This document shows positions 30,180 to 39,468 of a DNA stretch of 64,000 nt, piece by piece. The number at the start of each line of letters is the position of its first letter. Within the stretch, counting starts at the first letter, position 1. The notes beneath the pieces were generated by a model. The model ran no database searches. It was given only the letters and a program-made list of their open reading frames with translations, and was not told the DNA's origin. Origin of the DNA: Patescibacteria group bacterium (GTDB lineage Bacteria; Patescibacteriota; Minisyncoccia; Moranbacterales; UBA2206); contig JAKLFF010000001.1 of NCBI GenBank assembly GCA_022711335.1, positions 323,016 through 387,015 of the forward strand, given 5' to 3'. Made by a program: the position numbers and the translations under genes.

Positions 30180-31007
30180 TTATGCCTTAAGTATTTCCGT
30201 AATTTTTTTGGAAAGTTCGCTCGGAATCAGCTGAGTTTTCACAAAAAACGCCTCCACGCCCATTTTCAAGACCTTCTTTTCCATCCTTTCATCAACGGAT
30301 GCTGAAAGAATGATAAGGGGAATATTTTTTGTTTTTTCTTCCATTTTTAACCTGGCGACAATTTCGTCTCCGGTCATGCCAGGCAATATCATATCGATGA
30401 TTATAAGGTCAAAGTTATCCTTCATCGCTTCCTTGAGTCCCCAAACTCCGTTTTTTGCAAAAGTTACATCATATCCGTCCTGCCTTAACTTTCCGCCGAA
30501 CATTTCTTCAAAAATATCTTCGTCCTCAATCATAAGAATCTTTTTCTCGTGGCTGCCTCCTCCATTTGATCCGTTGGCGAAAAATTTTCCGGAACTGTCC
30601 AAAAATCCGTTCCTTTCATTCTTTTCCTCTTCATAAAATGCGTTGAGCAGCCTCCCAACTTCTTTCACCAAAGCACTCGGCGTATAATCCGATTTGGAAA
30701 TAAAACCGTCTGCTCCCAAATTAAGCGCCTTATCCCGATCTTCTTTCTGGCTTAAATTGCTGAAAACTATGATTTTTATATTAGGATCGTACTTCCCGCT
30801 TTTTTTGATGTTCTCGAGCACTTCAAATCCGCTCATCTTGGGAATGACCAGATCCAGAAGGATAGCATCGATTTTTTCTTTTTTCGCCAAAGACAGGACT
30901 TGTTCTCCTGAATCAACGGCAAAAACCTGAAAACCAGATTCAGAGAATTTTCTCTGATAAATCTCCGATATCATCGGATCGTCTTCAACGATGACTATTT
31001 TGGTCAT
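30180..31007 (-). CDS. Response regulator with two tandem receiver domains and no output domain
   Basis: Two REC domains, each with a phospho-acceptor D (…AILLDLVIPKMSG… and …LIIIDMILPGMTG…) and the conserved K. No DNA-binding or enzymatic domain. Confidence 0.75.
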   Translation of the reverse strand: MTKIVIVEDDPMISEIYQRKFSESGFQVFAVDSGEQVLSLAKKEKIDAILLDLVIPKMSGFEVLENIKKSGKYDPNIKIIVFSNLSQKEDRDKALNLGADGFISKSDYTPSALVKEVGRLLNAFYEEEKNERNGFLDSSGKFFANGSNGGGSHEKKILMIEDEDIFEEMFGGKLRQDGYDVTFAKNGVWGLKEAMKDNFDLIIIDMILPGMTGDEIVARLKMEEKTKNIPLIILSASVDERMEKKVLKMGVEAFFVKTQLIPSELSKKITEILKA

Positions 31008-31079
31008 AAAATTTGGTTAAATTCCTTATTTCTAATAAATTAATCCGTATTCAAATCATATCTTAAAACAAGCAGAAAA

Positions 31080-31937
31080 TCAAATTTTTTTAAGGCTTGA
31101 AATGACATCTTCGATTATCCAATGCGGGGCGGAAGCCCCGGCCGTTACTCCTGTTTTTGAAATACCGCTAAACCATTCCCTTTTGAGATCAGCCGCTTTT
31201 TCAATAAAATACGAGAGGGGATTTATGCTCTTGGAAATTTCAAAAAGCCGTTTGGAATTGGCGCTGACAACAGATCCGATAATTATCATAGCATCGTTAT
31301 TTTTTGCCATTTCCCTCGCTTCTTCCTGCCGCTCGTGCGTAGCGCTGCAGGTTGTATTTATAATTTCCGCGTTCGGATATTTTTCTCTGATCCCCTCCCC
31401 CGCGCGCAGGAAAAAATCTTCGTTTTGAGTTGTTTGCGCCAGAACCGCGATTCTATCATCTGTTTTATAATTTATGCTTTTTAGATCTTTTTCTTTCGAA
31501 ATAATCAGAGCGTTGCCGTCTCCCCATTCGTTTATGCCCCTGACTTCCTTATGGCCCTCGTCGCCGACGATAATTATCTTGTGTCCCCTGCTAGCATAAA
31601 CTTTCGCCAATCCTTGCACCTTTGTAACTTTCGGACAAGTCGTATCAAAAATTTCAATTCCCTTCACTCCGGCAATTTCATAAACATCCGGACCGGATCC
31701 ATGCGCCGTAATGATCAGCGTTCCAATCTCTCCCGGCTTCGCATTGAACAATTGCTCTCTTCCTATTTTTTTTATGCCTTTTTCTTCAACTTTTTTGTTG
31801 ACTTCATCGTTATGGACCAAAGATCCCAAAATAAAAACAGGCCTTCTGGCCTTTTCTAGATCCAAAGAATCTACCATATTATAGGCTCTCTTCACTCCAT
31901 CGCAAAAACCGGCATATTTTGAAAGGTTGATTTCCAT
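31080..31937 (-). CDS. ispH: 4-hydroxy-3-methylbut-2-enyl diphosphate reductase (IspH/LytB)
   Basis: GFCDGVKRA, TTCPKV and TTCSAT cysteine motifs (3 Cys ligands). Real start is probably the ATG at 31937 (MEINLSKYAGFC...). The track ORF extends to 31973. Confidence 0.9.
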   Translation of the reverse strand: MEINLSKYAGFCDGVKRAYNMVDSLDLEKARRPVFILGSLVHNDEVNKKVEEKGIKKIGREQLFNAKPGEIGTLIITAHGSGPDVYEIAGVKGIEIFDTTCPKVTKVQGLAKVYASRGHKIIIVGDEGHKEVRGINEWGDGNALIISKEKDLKSINYKTDDRIAVLAQTTQNEDFFLRAGEGIREKYPNAEIINTTCSATHERQEEAREMAKNNDAMIIIGSVVSANSKRLFEISKSINPLSYFIEKAADLKREWFSGISKTGVTAGASAPHWIIEDVISSLKKI

Positions 31938-32018
31938 ATGATTTAGGGTATTATATATTTGTTGTTTTGCCAAGGATCTATCTTTTTTACTGCAAACATA
32001 TTTAAAAAGGAGGAATTT

Positions 32019-32192
32019 ATGTGCGGAGATCAGAATAAGCTGCCTCTTCTAGAAGATCGGAAATCCAGCACAGTATCAATCGTAACTGTTGTCAATTGTA
32101 AAGCTAAGTATCTGCAAGAATCAGAAGATGAGCGTTTTATCAGGATTCTTGCGGAAGTTCTTTCCTGTGACGGCAGTCATAAACATACTTAA
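32019..32192 (+). CDS. Small Cys-containing protein (57 aa), hypothetical
   Basis: ATG at 32019 with a perfect SD (AAAGGAGGAATTT-ATG). Intrinsic terminator immediately downstream. Protein: MCGDQNKLPLLEDRKSSTVSIVTVVNCKAKYLQESEDERFIRILAEVLSCDGSHKHT. Confidence 0.35.
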   Translation: MCGDQNKLPLLEDRKSSTVSIVTVVNCKAKYLQESEDERFIRILAEVLSCDGSHKHT

Positions 32193-32215
32193 AATAAATT
32201 CGGGCATTTCAACAT

Positions 32216-32252
32216 GGCAATAGTTCAACAAAGCTATTGCCTTTCTTTTTTT
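32216..32252 (+). terminator. Rho-independent terminator after the small ORF
   Basis: GGCAATAGTTCAACAAAGCTATTGCC hairpin followed by TTTCTTTTTTTT. Confidence 0.6.
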
Positions 32253-32295
32253 TAAATTCTTCGCTAGACTAAAGACGCTAAATAGGTAAAAAATT

Positions 32296-33345
32296 ATGAA
32301 AAAGCATGCATCTTCGGTCGTCAAAGTCGGGCCATATAAGCTCGGCGGGAATAATCCGGTGCGGGTACAATCTATGTGCACTACCGATACCCGCGATGTA
32401 AAAACGACTGTCAAACAGATTTTATCTTTGGAAAAAGCCGGGTGCGAAATCATCCGCGTCGCCGTGCCGGATATGGCGGCCGCCAAAGCGATTGGAAAAA
32501 TAAAAAAGCAGATCCACATCCCTCTTGTGGCTGACATTCATTTCGATTACCTTTTGGCGCTGGAAGCCATAAGGCAAGGAATTGATAAAGTGAGAATTAA
32601 CCCGGGAAATATCGGCAGCGAAGAAAAAGTTGTTGCCGTAGTCAAAGCCTGCAAAGCTAAAAAAATTCCAATCAGGATCGGAGTCAATGTCGGATCGATT
32701 GAAAAAGACCTGCTCAAAAAATACGGCCCATCGCCCAGAGCTGCGGTTGAGTCCTGCCTCTGCCATGTCAGAATTTTAGAAAAACTTAATTTCAAAGATA
32801 TTTTGCTTTCCATAAAATTCAGCGACGTGCTTCCCATGATCGAAGCGTATAGGATTCTCGCCAAAAAAGTCCCTTATCCTTTGCATCTCGGCGTAACCCA
32901 CGCCGGAACGCCTTTTATCGGAACGCTCAAAAACGCCATGGGAATCGGAACATTGCTCCTGGAAGGAATAGGAGCGACAATTCGCGTATCCCTTACCGGA
33001 CCATTGGAAGAAGAAGTTAGGGCTGGCTTTGGCATATTGAAAGCTTTGGGAATCAGAAAAATCGGCCCGGAACTCATTTCCTGCCCGACCTGTGGGCGCA
33101 CGGAAGTCGATATGCTGAATCTGGCAGAAAAAGTCGAATCTGCGCTTTCCCATATCCAAAAACCGATAAAAGTGGCGGTGATGGGTTGCGTCGTAAACGG
33201 CCCGGGCGAAGCCCGTGAAGCTGATATCGGACTTGCTGGCGGAAAAGGCGCTTACGCGATTTTTGTCAAAGGAAAAATAATAAAAAGCGTCAAGGAAAAA
33301 GACGCTTTGCGCGAACTCTTGAAAGAAATTAAAAAGATTGTTTAA
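32296..33345 (+). CDS. ispG: 4-hydroxy-3-methylbut-2-en-1-yl diphosphate synthase (IspG/GcpE)
   Basis: TIM-barrel N-domain (…VRVQSMCTTDTRD…) and C-terminal Cys triad (…CPTCGR… and …GCVVNGPGE…). 349 aa. Confidence 0.9.
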   Translation: MKKHASSVVKVGPYKLGGNNPVRVQSMCTTDTRDVKTTVKQILSLEKAGCEIIRVAVPDMAAAKAIGKIKKQIHIPLVADIHFDYLLALEAIRQGIDKVRINPGNIGSEEKVVAVVKACKAKKIPIRIGVNVGSIEKDLLKKYGPSPRAAVESCLCHVRILEKLNFKDILLSIKFSDVLPMIEAYRILAKKVPYPLHLGVTHAGTPFIGTLKNAMGIGTLLLEGIGATIRVSLTGPLEEEVRAGFGILKALGIRKIGPELISCPTCGRTEVDMLNLAEKVESALSHIQKPIKVAVMGCVVNGPGEAREADIGLAGGKGAYAIFVKGKIIKSVKEKDALRELLKEIKKIV

Positions 33346-33791
33346 GCCGCTCTGGATAAAACCAGTTTTTCCAACTTCAAAACTTTTCTTTCCAGTTTTT
33401 GAAAATCTTCAAGATCAACTTTTTGAGACAGCTTGTGCTTTATTTCAACCACATCCTCCGCTACCGTATCCAGTTTATTTTTAACCTTGCCTAAATCATC
33501 TTCAGCCTTGTTTACTTTATCCTCGACTTTGCCTAATTTGACTTCAACCTTATCCAATTTGTCTTCGACTCTATCCAGTCTATTTTCGACTTTTCCTGTT
33601 TTATCAAATAAAACTTTCTGGCCAATTTCTAACCTGTCAACTTTTTTTACCAAAACTTTTTGTTCTTTTCCAAATTCTTCAAACTGTTCGCTTAAAGCAC
33701 CCAAACCTTCGCCAAACGCTTTGAACTGGCTTTGCATTTCTTCCAAGAGGACAGTTTCGTAGCTTTTAGATTTTTTATCCAGTTTTTTCAT
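33342..33791 (-). CDS. Coiled-coil repeat protein, hypothetical
   Basis: Degenerate 7-11-aa repeats: DKLDKVEVKLGKVEDKVNKAEDDLGKVKNKLD. No TM. Confidence 0.45.
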   Translation of the reverse strand: MKKLDKKSKSYETVLLEEMQSQFKAFGEGLGALSEQFEEFGKEQKVLVKKVDRLEIGQKVLFDKTGKVENRLDRVEDKLDKVEVKLGKVEDKVNKAEDDLGKVKNKLDTVAEDVVEIKHKLSQKVDLEDFQKLERKVLKLEKLVLSRAA

Positions 33792-33854
33792 GAGCTTATT
33801 ATACCAAACGCAAAAAATTAATCAAATTATCGAGTATTACATATTCTTTAATGA

Positions 33855-35144
33855 TTATTTTCTCCCGATTCCGTGATATTTTATTCCCAGCTTTTTGATT
33901 TTTTCAGCAGGAAGAGCGTTCATGCCGTCCACAATCGCCACGATCTTATTCTTCTTAAACTCTTTTGGATCAATTTCCATAAATTCCTTGTGATTGGTGA
34001 CTAAAATTATCGCCTGCGATTTCTGGAGGAATGTTTTCAGATTTTTCACGTCGGAAAGCTTCAAAATATACGGATCATAGCGGACGATTTTCGCCCCTTT
34101 TTTCTTAAGTTCCGAAATTATTTTTATCGCCGGAGATTCGCGAAGATCGTCCACATTGGCTTTATAGGAAAGACCCATGACTCCGACGGCCGTTCCCTTC
34201 ATGGCAAGTCCGGCGCCATTCAAAAGATCCTGCATCAGTTCGACAGTATAGTTCGGCATGGAATTGTTGATTTCCCGCGCCACGCGCAAAAACTTATGGT
34301 CAAATCCCGATTCTTTGGCTCTTTCAATGAGATAATACGGATCAACCGGAATGCAATGCCCGCCCACTCCCCGCCCGGGATAGTGCGCCATAAAAGCGAA
34401 CGGCTTTGTCGCTGCCCCGTCAATCACGTTTTTTACGTTAATATTCATTTGGTCAAAACTTTTCGCCAGTTCGTTCACAAAAGCGATGTTGATGTCGCGG
34501 AAAGAATTTTCCACCACTTTGCAGGCTTCCGCTTCTTTTATCGAAGCCATTAATTTTATAGGAGCATCGATGATCGATTCATAAAAATCTTTGGCAATTT
34601 CCAAACCCTTTTTGGAGCTCGCCCCAAGGACTCTCGGGATATTGGTCACATTCCATTTCGGATCGCCCGGGTTGATGCGCTCCGGGCAATGGGCGATATA
34701 AAAGTCTTTTCCTTCCTTCAGTCCGGCTTTTTGGAATATGGGCATGATCACTTCTTCGCAAATTCCAGGATTAATGGTTGATTCAATGACGATAAGCTGG
34801 CCCGGCTTCCTGTTTTTGATGATAATTTCAGCAGCGGAAATCAGTGGGTCGAGAATAGGAAAAAATTTTTCATCCACCGGCGTGGGAACGCAGACGATGG
34901 CTATATCCGATTTTTTTATCACTCCCGCGTCAGATGTGGCTGTGATTTTTCCAAGAAGCTCTTTCCTTTCAGAAATAAAATTTTCTTTGAACGGGCTTTT
35001 TCCTTTTTTTATCAGATTTATCTTTTTTTCATCCCGATCAAATCCAAAAACTTCATATCCCCTTTCCGCCGCGCGGATGGCCAGAGGCAGTCCGACATAG
35101 CCAAGGCCGATAATGGTGATGATTTTGTTCTTTTTTTCCGGCAT
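33855..35144 (-). CDS. Nucleotide-sugar dehydrogenase (UDP-glucose / UDP-ManNAc dehydrogenase family)
   Basis: N-terminal Rossmann IIGLGYVGLPLA, catalytic Cys region (…GGHCIPVDP…), three-domain length of 429 aa. Confidence 0.8.
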   Translation of the reverse strand: MPEKKNKIITIIGLGYVGLPLAIRAAERGYEVFGFDRDEKKINLIKKGKSPFKENFISERKELLGKITATSDAGVIKKSDIAIVCVPTPVDEKFFPILDPLISAAEIIIKNRKPGQLIVIESTINPGICEEVIMPIFQKAGLKEGKDFYIAHCPERINPGDPKWNVTNIPRVLGASSKKGLEIAKDFYESIIDAPIKLMASIKEAEACKVVENSFRDINIAFVNELAKSFDQMNINVKNVIDGAATKPFAFMAHYPGRGVGGHCIPVDPYYLIERAKESGFDHKFLRVAREINNSMPNYTVELMQDLLNGAGLAMKGTAVGVMGLSYKANVDDLRESPAIKIISELKKKGAKIVRYDPYILKLSDVKNLKTFLQKSQAIILVTNHKEFMEIDPKEFKKNKIVAIVDGMNALPAEKIKKLGIKYHGIGRK

Positions 35145-35233
35145 AATTTTTGATTTAATGGTATAACTGATTTTAATTAATTCTCACTCCTTATCTGAAA
35201 TAAGCCATTATATAAAAATAAGTTTGTACTTAA

Positions 35234-35313
35234 TTGTCATTCCCGCGAAAGCGGGAATCTAGTCTGATATTTTGGCTTATTCACTGGATTCCCAATCAAG
35301 TTGGGAATGACAA
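35234..35313. repeat. Small inverted-repeat element copy B (80 bp)
   Basis: TTGTCATTCCCGCGAAAGCGGGAATCTAG…GGATTCCCAATCAAGTTGGGAATGACAA. Same termini as copy A, with two hairpins. Confidence 0.5.
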
Positions 35314-35450
35314 AGCGAGGTCAATGTTAAATGAGCTCGTAACCTGGCAATTTTAGCACAAAACAACAGATGGGTAAAAAGCATGCAAGATATAAGTTAT
35401 GTTTGCGCCAAATTTAGCTTTATTTTAATATAAAGTAAAGTGTTAAATTT

Positions 35451-36059
35451 ATGCCAAACTATTACGATTCCATCTACAAAGAAAACACAAACTTTTGCAA
35501 TCAAAAACCAAATGAATTACTGGCCAAATTTTTGAAAAAATTGCCGAAAGGCAAGAAAGTTTTAGATTTGGGCTGCGGGCAAGGCCGCGATTCTTTTTAT
35601 CTAGCTCAAAAAAATCTCCACGTTACGGCAGTTGATAATTCCAAAGTAGCTATCGTGCAAATAAAAGAAGCCATAAAAGAAAAAAATGCAAAGAATATTT
35701 GGCCGGTTTGCAAAGATATCGCAAAGTTTAAAATTAAACCTGGGATTTTCGGCCTTATCAACTGCCAAAATGCCCTTCAATTTCTCCCTAAAAAAAGTGC
35801 TCTGAAAACCATTGAAAACATCAAGAAAAATATCTCCCCGGGTGGAATTATTATTCTTACTTCTTTTATCGCCCACACCCAACCTTTGGATAAAAATAAA
35901 TCCCGCTTTAAGCCGGGAGAAATGAAGAAATTATTTTCTGATTCTGATTTTAAAATTTATTATTATTTTGAAGGAATTTTAAATGACAAAGGCCATCTCG
36001 GAAATCCTAAACCGCATAAGCATGGAATTGTAAACATTGTGGCAAAAAAAGTGTTTTAA
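35451..36059 (+). CDS. Class I SAM-dependent methyltransferase (TehB-like)
   Basis: Motif I VLDLGCGQGRD, then motif II/III spacing of Rossmann-fold MTases. Confidence 0.7.
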   Translation: MPNYYDSIYKENTNFCNQKPNELLAKFLKKLPKGKKVLDLGCGQGRDSFYLAQKNLHVTAVDNSKVAIVQIKEAIKEKNAKNIWPVCKDIAKFKIKPGIFGLINCQNALQFLPKKSALKTIENIKKNISPGGIIILTSFIAHTQPLDKNKSRFKPGEMKKLFSDSDFKIYYYFEGILNDKGHLGNPKPHKHGIVNIVAKKVF

Positions 36060-36083
36060 ACAACAGGGTTTGTTAAGAGTAAA

Positions 36084-36102
36084 TTTGTCAAAATTTGACA
36101 AA
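36084..36102. promoter_or_regulatory. Perfect 9-1-9 palindrome TTTGTCAAA-A-TTTGACAAA (candidate operator; same TTGTCA/TGACAA half-sites as the inverted-repeat element termini)
   Basis: Exact inverted repeat read directly from the sequence, 300 nt upstream of the MFS gene. Confidence 0.35.
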
Positions 36103-36104
36103 CT

Positions 36105-36408
36105 CCCCTTTGCATGTTATTTTCAGGACGGAAAATAACTCATTAAAACGATGCGTAATAATCAGCGCAAAAATCACCTAAATATGGCCGAAAACTACGG
36201 AAATACCGTAGCCCTTTTTGGCATTTCCCCGTCTTTTCGAGACGCTTATCTAACCCAGGTGGTTTATGCGCTTAAACGTAATTTGATCACATAAACTTTG
36301 TTTGAATAATACATTTTAGACCACCTCGGCTAGATCAGAAGCCGAGTTTTTTTATTCTGATCTGGACGGCACATTCACAATTAAACACATCAACAAGAGG
36401 AGAAAAAA
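36105..36408 (+). promoter_or_regulatory. ~300-nt structured leader of the MFS gene with an intrinsic terminator (36325-36353) and a possible antiterminator
   Basis: Hairpins CTACGGAAATACCGTAG and CTCGGC-tagatcagaa-GCCGAG plus T7. Upstream CCCAGGTGG (36255) can pair with CCACCTCGG (36321), which would compete with the terminator. Confidence 0.4.
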
Positions 36409-37593
36409 ATGTCAACAAAAATTCTGAAAGTTTATCTTTTGGCAACGTTTCTCATTAACTTTTCCCATTCCTTTTTCTTCGCGACTTATTCGTTATTTCT
36501 GGCTTCTCGCGGACTGGATCTAATGGAACTAAACAGTGTGAACATTTTTTTCATGCTTTTCGCTGTTTTTTCTGAAATTCCAACAGGCGTATTTGCTGAT
36601 AGTTTCGGGCGAAAGAAATCAATTCTTGCCGGATGTTTTCTGTTTTCAGCAAGCTTTCTCGTTTATTTCCTGTCGTTTAGCTTCTGGCTTTTCGTCGCTG
36701 CTGAACTAATCGGAGCGCTAGCAAACGCTTTTATCAGCGGCGCGCTTGATGCTTGGGTTATCAGCACACTGAAAGAAAATAATTTCAACGGCGTATGGAA
36801 AAAAGTTTTCATACAGGAAGGAGACCGTCGGATTATCGGGTATGGATTGGGAGGGCTATTTGGAGCGTATTTGGGAAACTTTGATTTGAGTTATCCATGG
36901 CTGGCCGGATCAATTTCTTTCTTCGTTATGGCAATTGCTTTCAGTTTTATTCTCAAAGAAGAATATTTCAAAAAGGAGAAAGTGCGCAAAAAGATATTTC
37001 AGATAGCCAAAGAAGGCTGCATTTACAGCTGGAAAAGAAAAGCGATTTTTTATATAACGCTTTTCGGGCTGGTCTCCACTTTGGTTTTGCAAGCCATAAA
37101 CATGCAATGGCAGATACTTCTTGAGGGAAGTTTTGAAATGAGTGTCCTTAATTTAGGCTGGTCTTTCTTTTTTATGTCAGTTTTTATGTTTATTGGAAAC
37201 CGGCTGGCAGAAAAGTTCTCTGAAATTTCCCGAAGAGAAGAAGTGCCGATCATTCTGTCACAAACAATCACTGCATTTGGAATTGGCATCGCGGCTTTTT
37301 TTTCCGATTTCAGTATCATTATAGCAGGATTGATGATACATCAGTCGGGAAGAGCTATGCTGGAACCGCTCAAAAAAACATTCATCAATCATCGGATTAA
37401 TGATGAAAAAATCAGAGCAACTGTCAATTCCTTCAGTGCTATGATGGTAAAAGGAGGAGCAGTGATAGGACTCTTGATCAGTGGATACTTAGGGAAAAAT
37501 TATTCCATCACCCTGGCTTGGCAAACTTCTGCTGCCATTCTCATCGCCTCTATTCCCCTGTTTTTGAAATTCAATTATAGGGGGAAAACTTAA
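36409..37593 (+). CDS. MFS transporter (12 TM)
   Basis: SD AGAGGAG 7 nt upstream. 12 hydrophobic helices. MFS motif GRKKS in the loop after TM2. Confidence 0.75.
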   Translation: MSTKILKVYLLATFLINFSHSFFFATYSLFLASRGLDLMELNSVNIFFMLFAVFSEIPTGVFADSFGRKKSILAGCFLFSASFLVYFLSFSFWLFVAAELIGALANAFISGALDAWVISTLKENNFNGVWKKVFIQEGDRRIIGYGLGGLFGAYLGNFDLSYPWLAGSISFFVMAIAFSFILKEEYFKKEKVRKKIFQIAKEGCIYSWKRKAIFYITLFGLVSTLVLQAINMQWQILLEGSFEMSVLNLGWSFFFMSVFMFIGNRLAEKFSEISRREEVPIILSQTITAFGIGIAAFFSDFSIIIAGLMIHQSGRAMLEPLKKTFINHRINDEKIRATVNSFSAMMVKGGAVIGLLISGYLGKNYSITLAWQTSAAILIASIPLFLKFNYRGKT

Positions 37594-37651
37594 ACAGAAA
37601 AGGGCATCCTTCCTCGAAAAGAATGGTGCCCTTTATTAATTCAAAAAACAT

Positions 37652-38416
37652 TTATATTCTTCTCAAAAGCGCAATATTATCCGAAGATATTTTTCTGAGC
37701 GGTCGCGCTTTGTATCTCTCAAAAAATCCGATAAATTCAAACTTGCCGTTTTTCTCAACCAGCAGTTTTAGTTCTTCCGGAGCAATAATCTTCAGCTCGT
37801 CTTTATCAATAAATTCCATCCTTTTTCCATTATCATCAACTTTAAGCTTAATTGTTTGAGTTACAGTTTGTGATAAAAGATCTTTGGGAATTGGCTGATA
37901 AGTAGTTCTTACTTTTATTTTCCCCCGCCTCATTGTCCAAATCTGCGGTTTCCAAAATTTCGGATCCGCCCAATTGATAGTTAGATTTTCGATTAAATAC
38001 AGGCCGCCGGAATTTAAATATTCCGCCACTGAATTTAAATGAGAAAGAAATAACTTATTGTTTTTAGTGTAAGAAATCGAGCCCATCATGATATAAACAA
38101 AATCGACTTTTTGCTTTAAGCTAAACTTATTCATATCAGCCTTGACTGTTTCTATTTTGGCCCCATCTGCCAATAATTCGCGCCTTAAATAATCAAGCAT
38201 TTTAGCGCTAGCATCCAGCCCGATTGCCCCATAGCCTCTTTTTGCCATTTCTCTCAGTTGCAAAGCCGTCCCGCAACCCAAATCCAAGACCGTCTTCACT
38301 TTTCTTTTGCTGTACTTTTTTATGAACTCCTCAAACAAATCCCCCTGTTTTTTGGCATCTATGAAACTAAAAGCAATCTCATAATATTTAGCCTGATCGT
38401 AAATTTGTGATTTCAT
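37652..38416 (-). CDS. Class I SAM-dependent methyltransferase
   Basis: Motif I VLDLGCGTA. Acidic motif II region …GLDASAKM…. Confidence 0.7.
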   Translation of the reverse strand: MKSQIYDQAKYYEIAFSFIDAKKQGDLFEEFIKKYSKRKVKTVLDLGCGTALQLREMAKRGYGAIGLDASAKMLDYLRRELLADGAKIETVKADMNKFSLKQKVDFVYIMMGSISYTKNNKLFLSHLNSVAEYLNSGGLYLIENLTINWADPKFWKPQIWTMRRGKIKVRTTYQPIPKDLLSQTVTQTIKLKVDDNGKRMEFIDKDELKIIAPEELKLLVEKNGKFEFIGFFERYKARPLRKISSDNIALLRRI

Positions 38417-38499
38417 AATGTATTGATTAATGTTTATGATATAGATAACTTGCAGCTATTAATATTCAAGCATTTCCTGAAAATATTTTTTAGTGTCTT

Positions 38500-39171
38500 T
38501 TAAACTCCAATGACTCCAGAAATTTTCATCAGTTCTTTCGCTTTCATTTTTGCCAATTTTTTCCATTCGATTTCAGGATTGTTTTCACAGACTATTTTAA
38601 CTATCTGAAAACCCAATTTATACCCGATCCATCTTGGCAAGTCTCCCGTTCCATAAAACCAGTCATCATGACTATAGCCACTATCCAAATTCTTATCCCG
38701 ATTTTTATAAATTTCTATCAGTTTTTCAATTTCTTCTTGAGAATATTTGACCCATGGCGAGTTTGCTTTGTCCCAATTTTCTGCGGCAAAAACCGAAGCC
38801 AGTCCCTCGCTGATGATTGCCTCCGGAAAAGTCGAACCGTATCCGGTACTATTCCACCTAGCTACATGATTAAGCTCGTGATAAGTAGTAAGCGGTATAT
38901 TTTCATTAATTATTTTCACTAGATCTTTTTCCGGTCTGGTTGGGTCAATGTATATCTGGAACCAATCGCCGGAAACGGCATAACCGCCCTCTCCAGTTTC
39001 AGGAATTACAAAATTCGGATTAGAATAAACAGTTATGTTGACATAAGAAATACCCAAAAGATCGCAGGCCTTCGCGGCATGAATTTTAATTGTTTCCTCT
39101 AGAATCTCTTTTAGTTCAGGGTTAATCCTACTTTCTGTTTTGAGAAAGTGTATGTATAATTTTGATTCCAT
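38500..39171 (-). CDS. Putative zinc-dependent peptidase (HExxH; DUF2268-like)
   Basis: YHELNHVARW contains a zincin HExxH. No signal peptide. Confidence 0.45.
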   Translation of the reverse strand: MESKLYIHFLKTESRINPELKEILEETIKIHAAKACDLLGISYVNITVYSNPNFVIPETGEGGYAVSGDWFQIYIDPTRPEKDLVKIINENIPLTTYHELNHVARWNSTGYGSTFPEAIISEGLASVFAAENWDKANSPWVKYSQEEIEKLIEIYKNRDKNLDSGYSHDDWFYGTGDLPRWIGYKLGFQIVKIVCENNPEIEWKKLAKMKAKELMKISGVIGV

Positions 39172-39468
39172 ATTTTTAATATAAAGTATCCTTATTTAAT
39201 CATATCATTATATTACCATGTAAATATTTAATAACCAATACTCCCCAGAAACACACGAAAAAACACCTTACTCCAGGCATCTGTTTTTTACTTTATCTAA
39301 AGCAAATTAAATTTTACATATTCCCTATTTGGGAGGTGATCGGGAACGGATAAACGCACGTAAAAAATGAACACTTTATCTTATCTTCAGCTATTACCTA
39401 GAAATAATTGTTAAATTTCGCACTTGCATTCTAGGATAGTATTTGGTTATTAGCAAATTAGTTATTCC

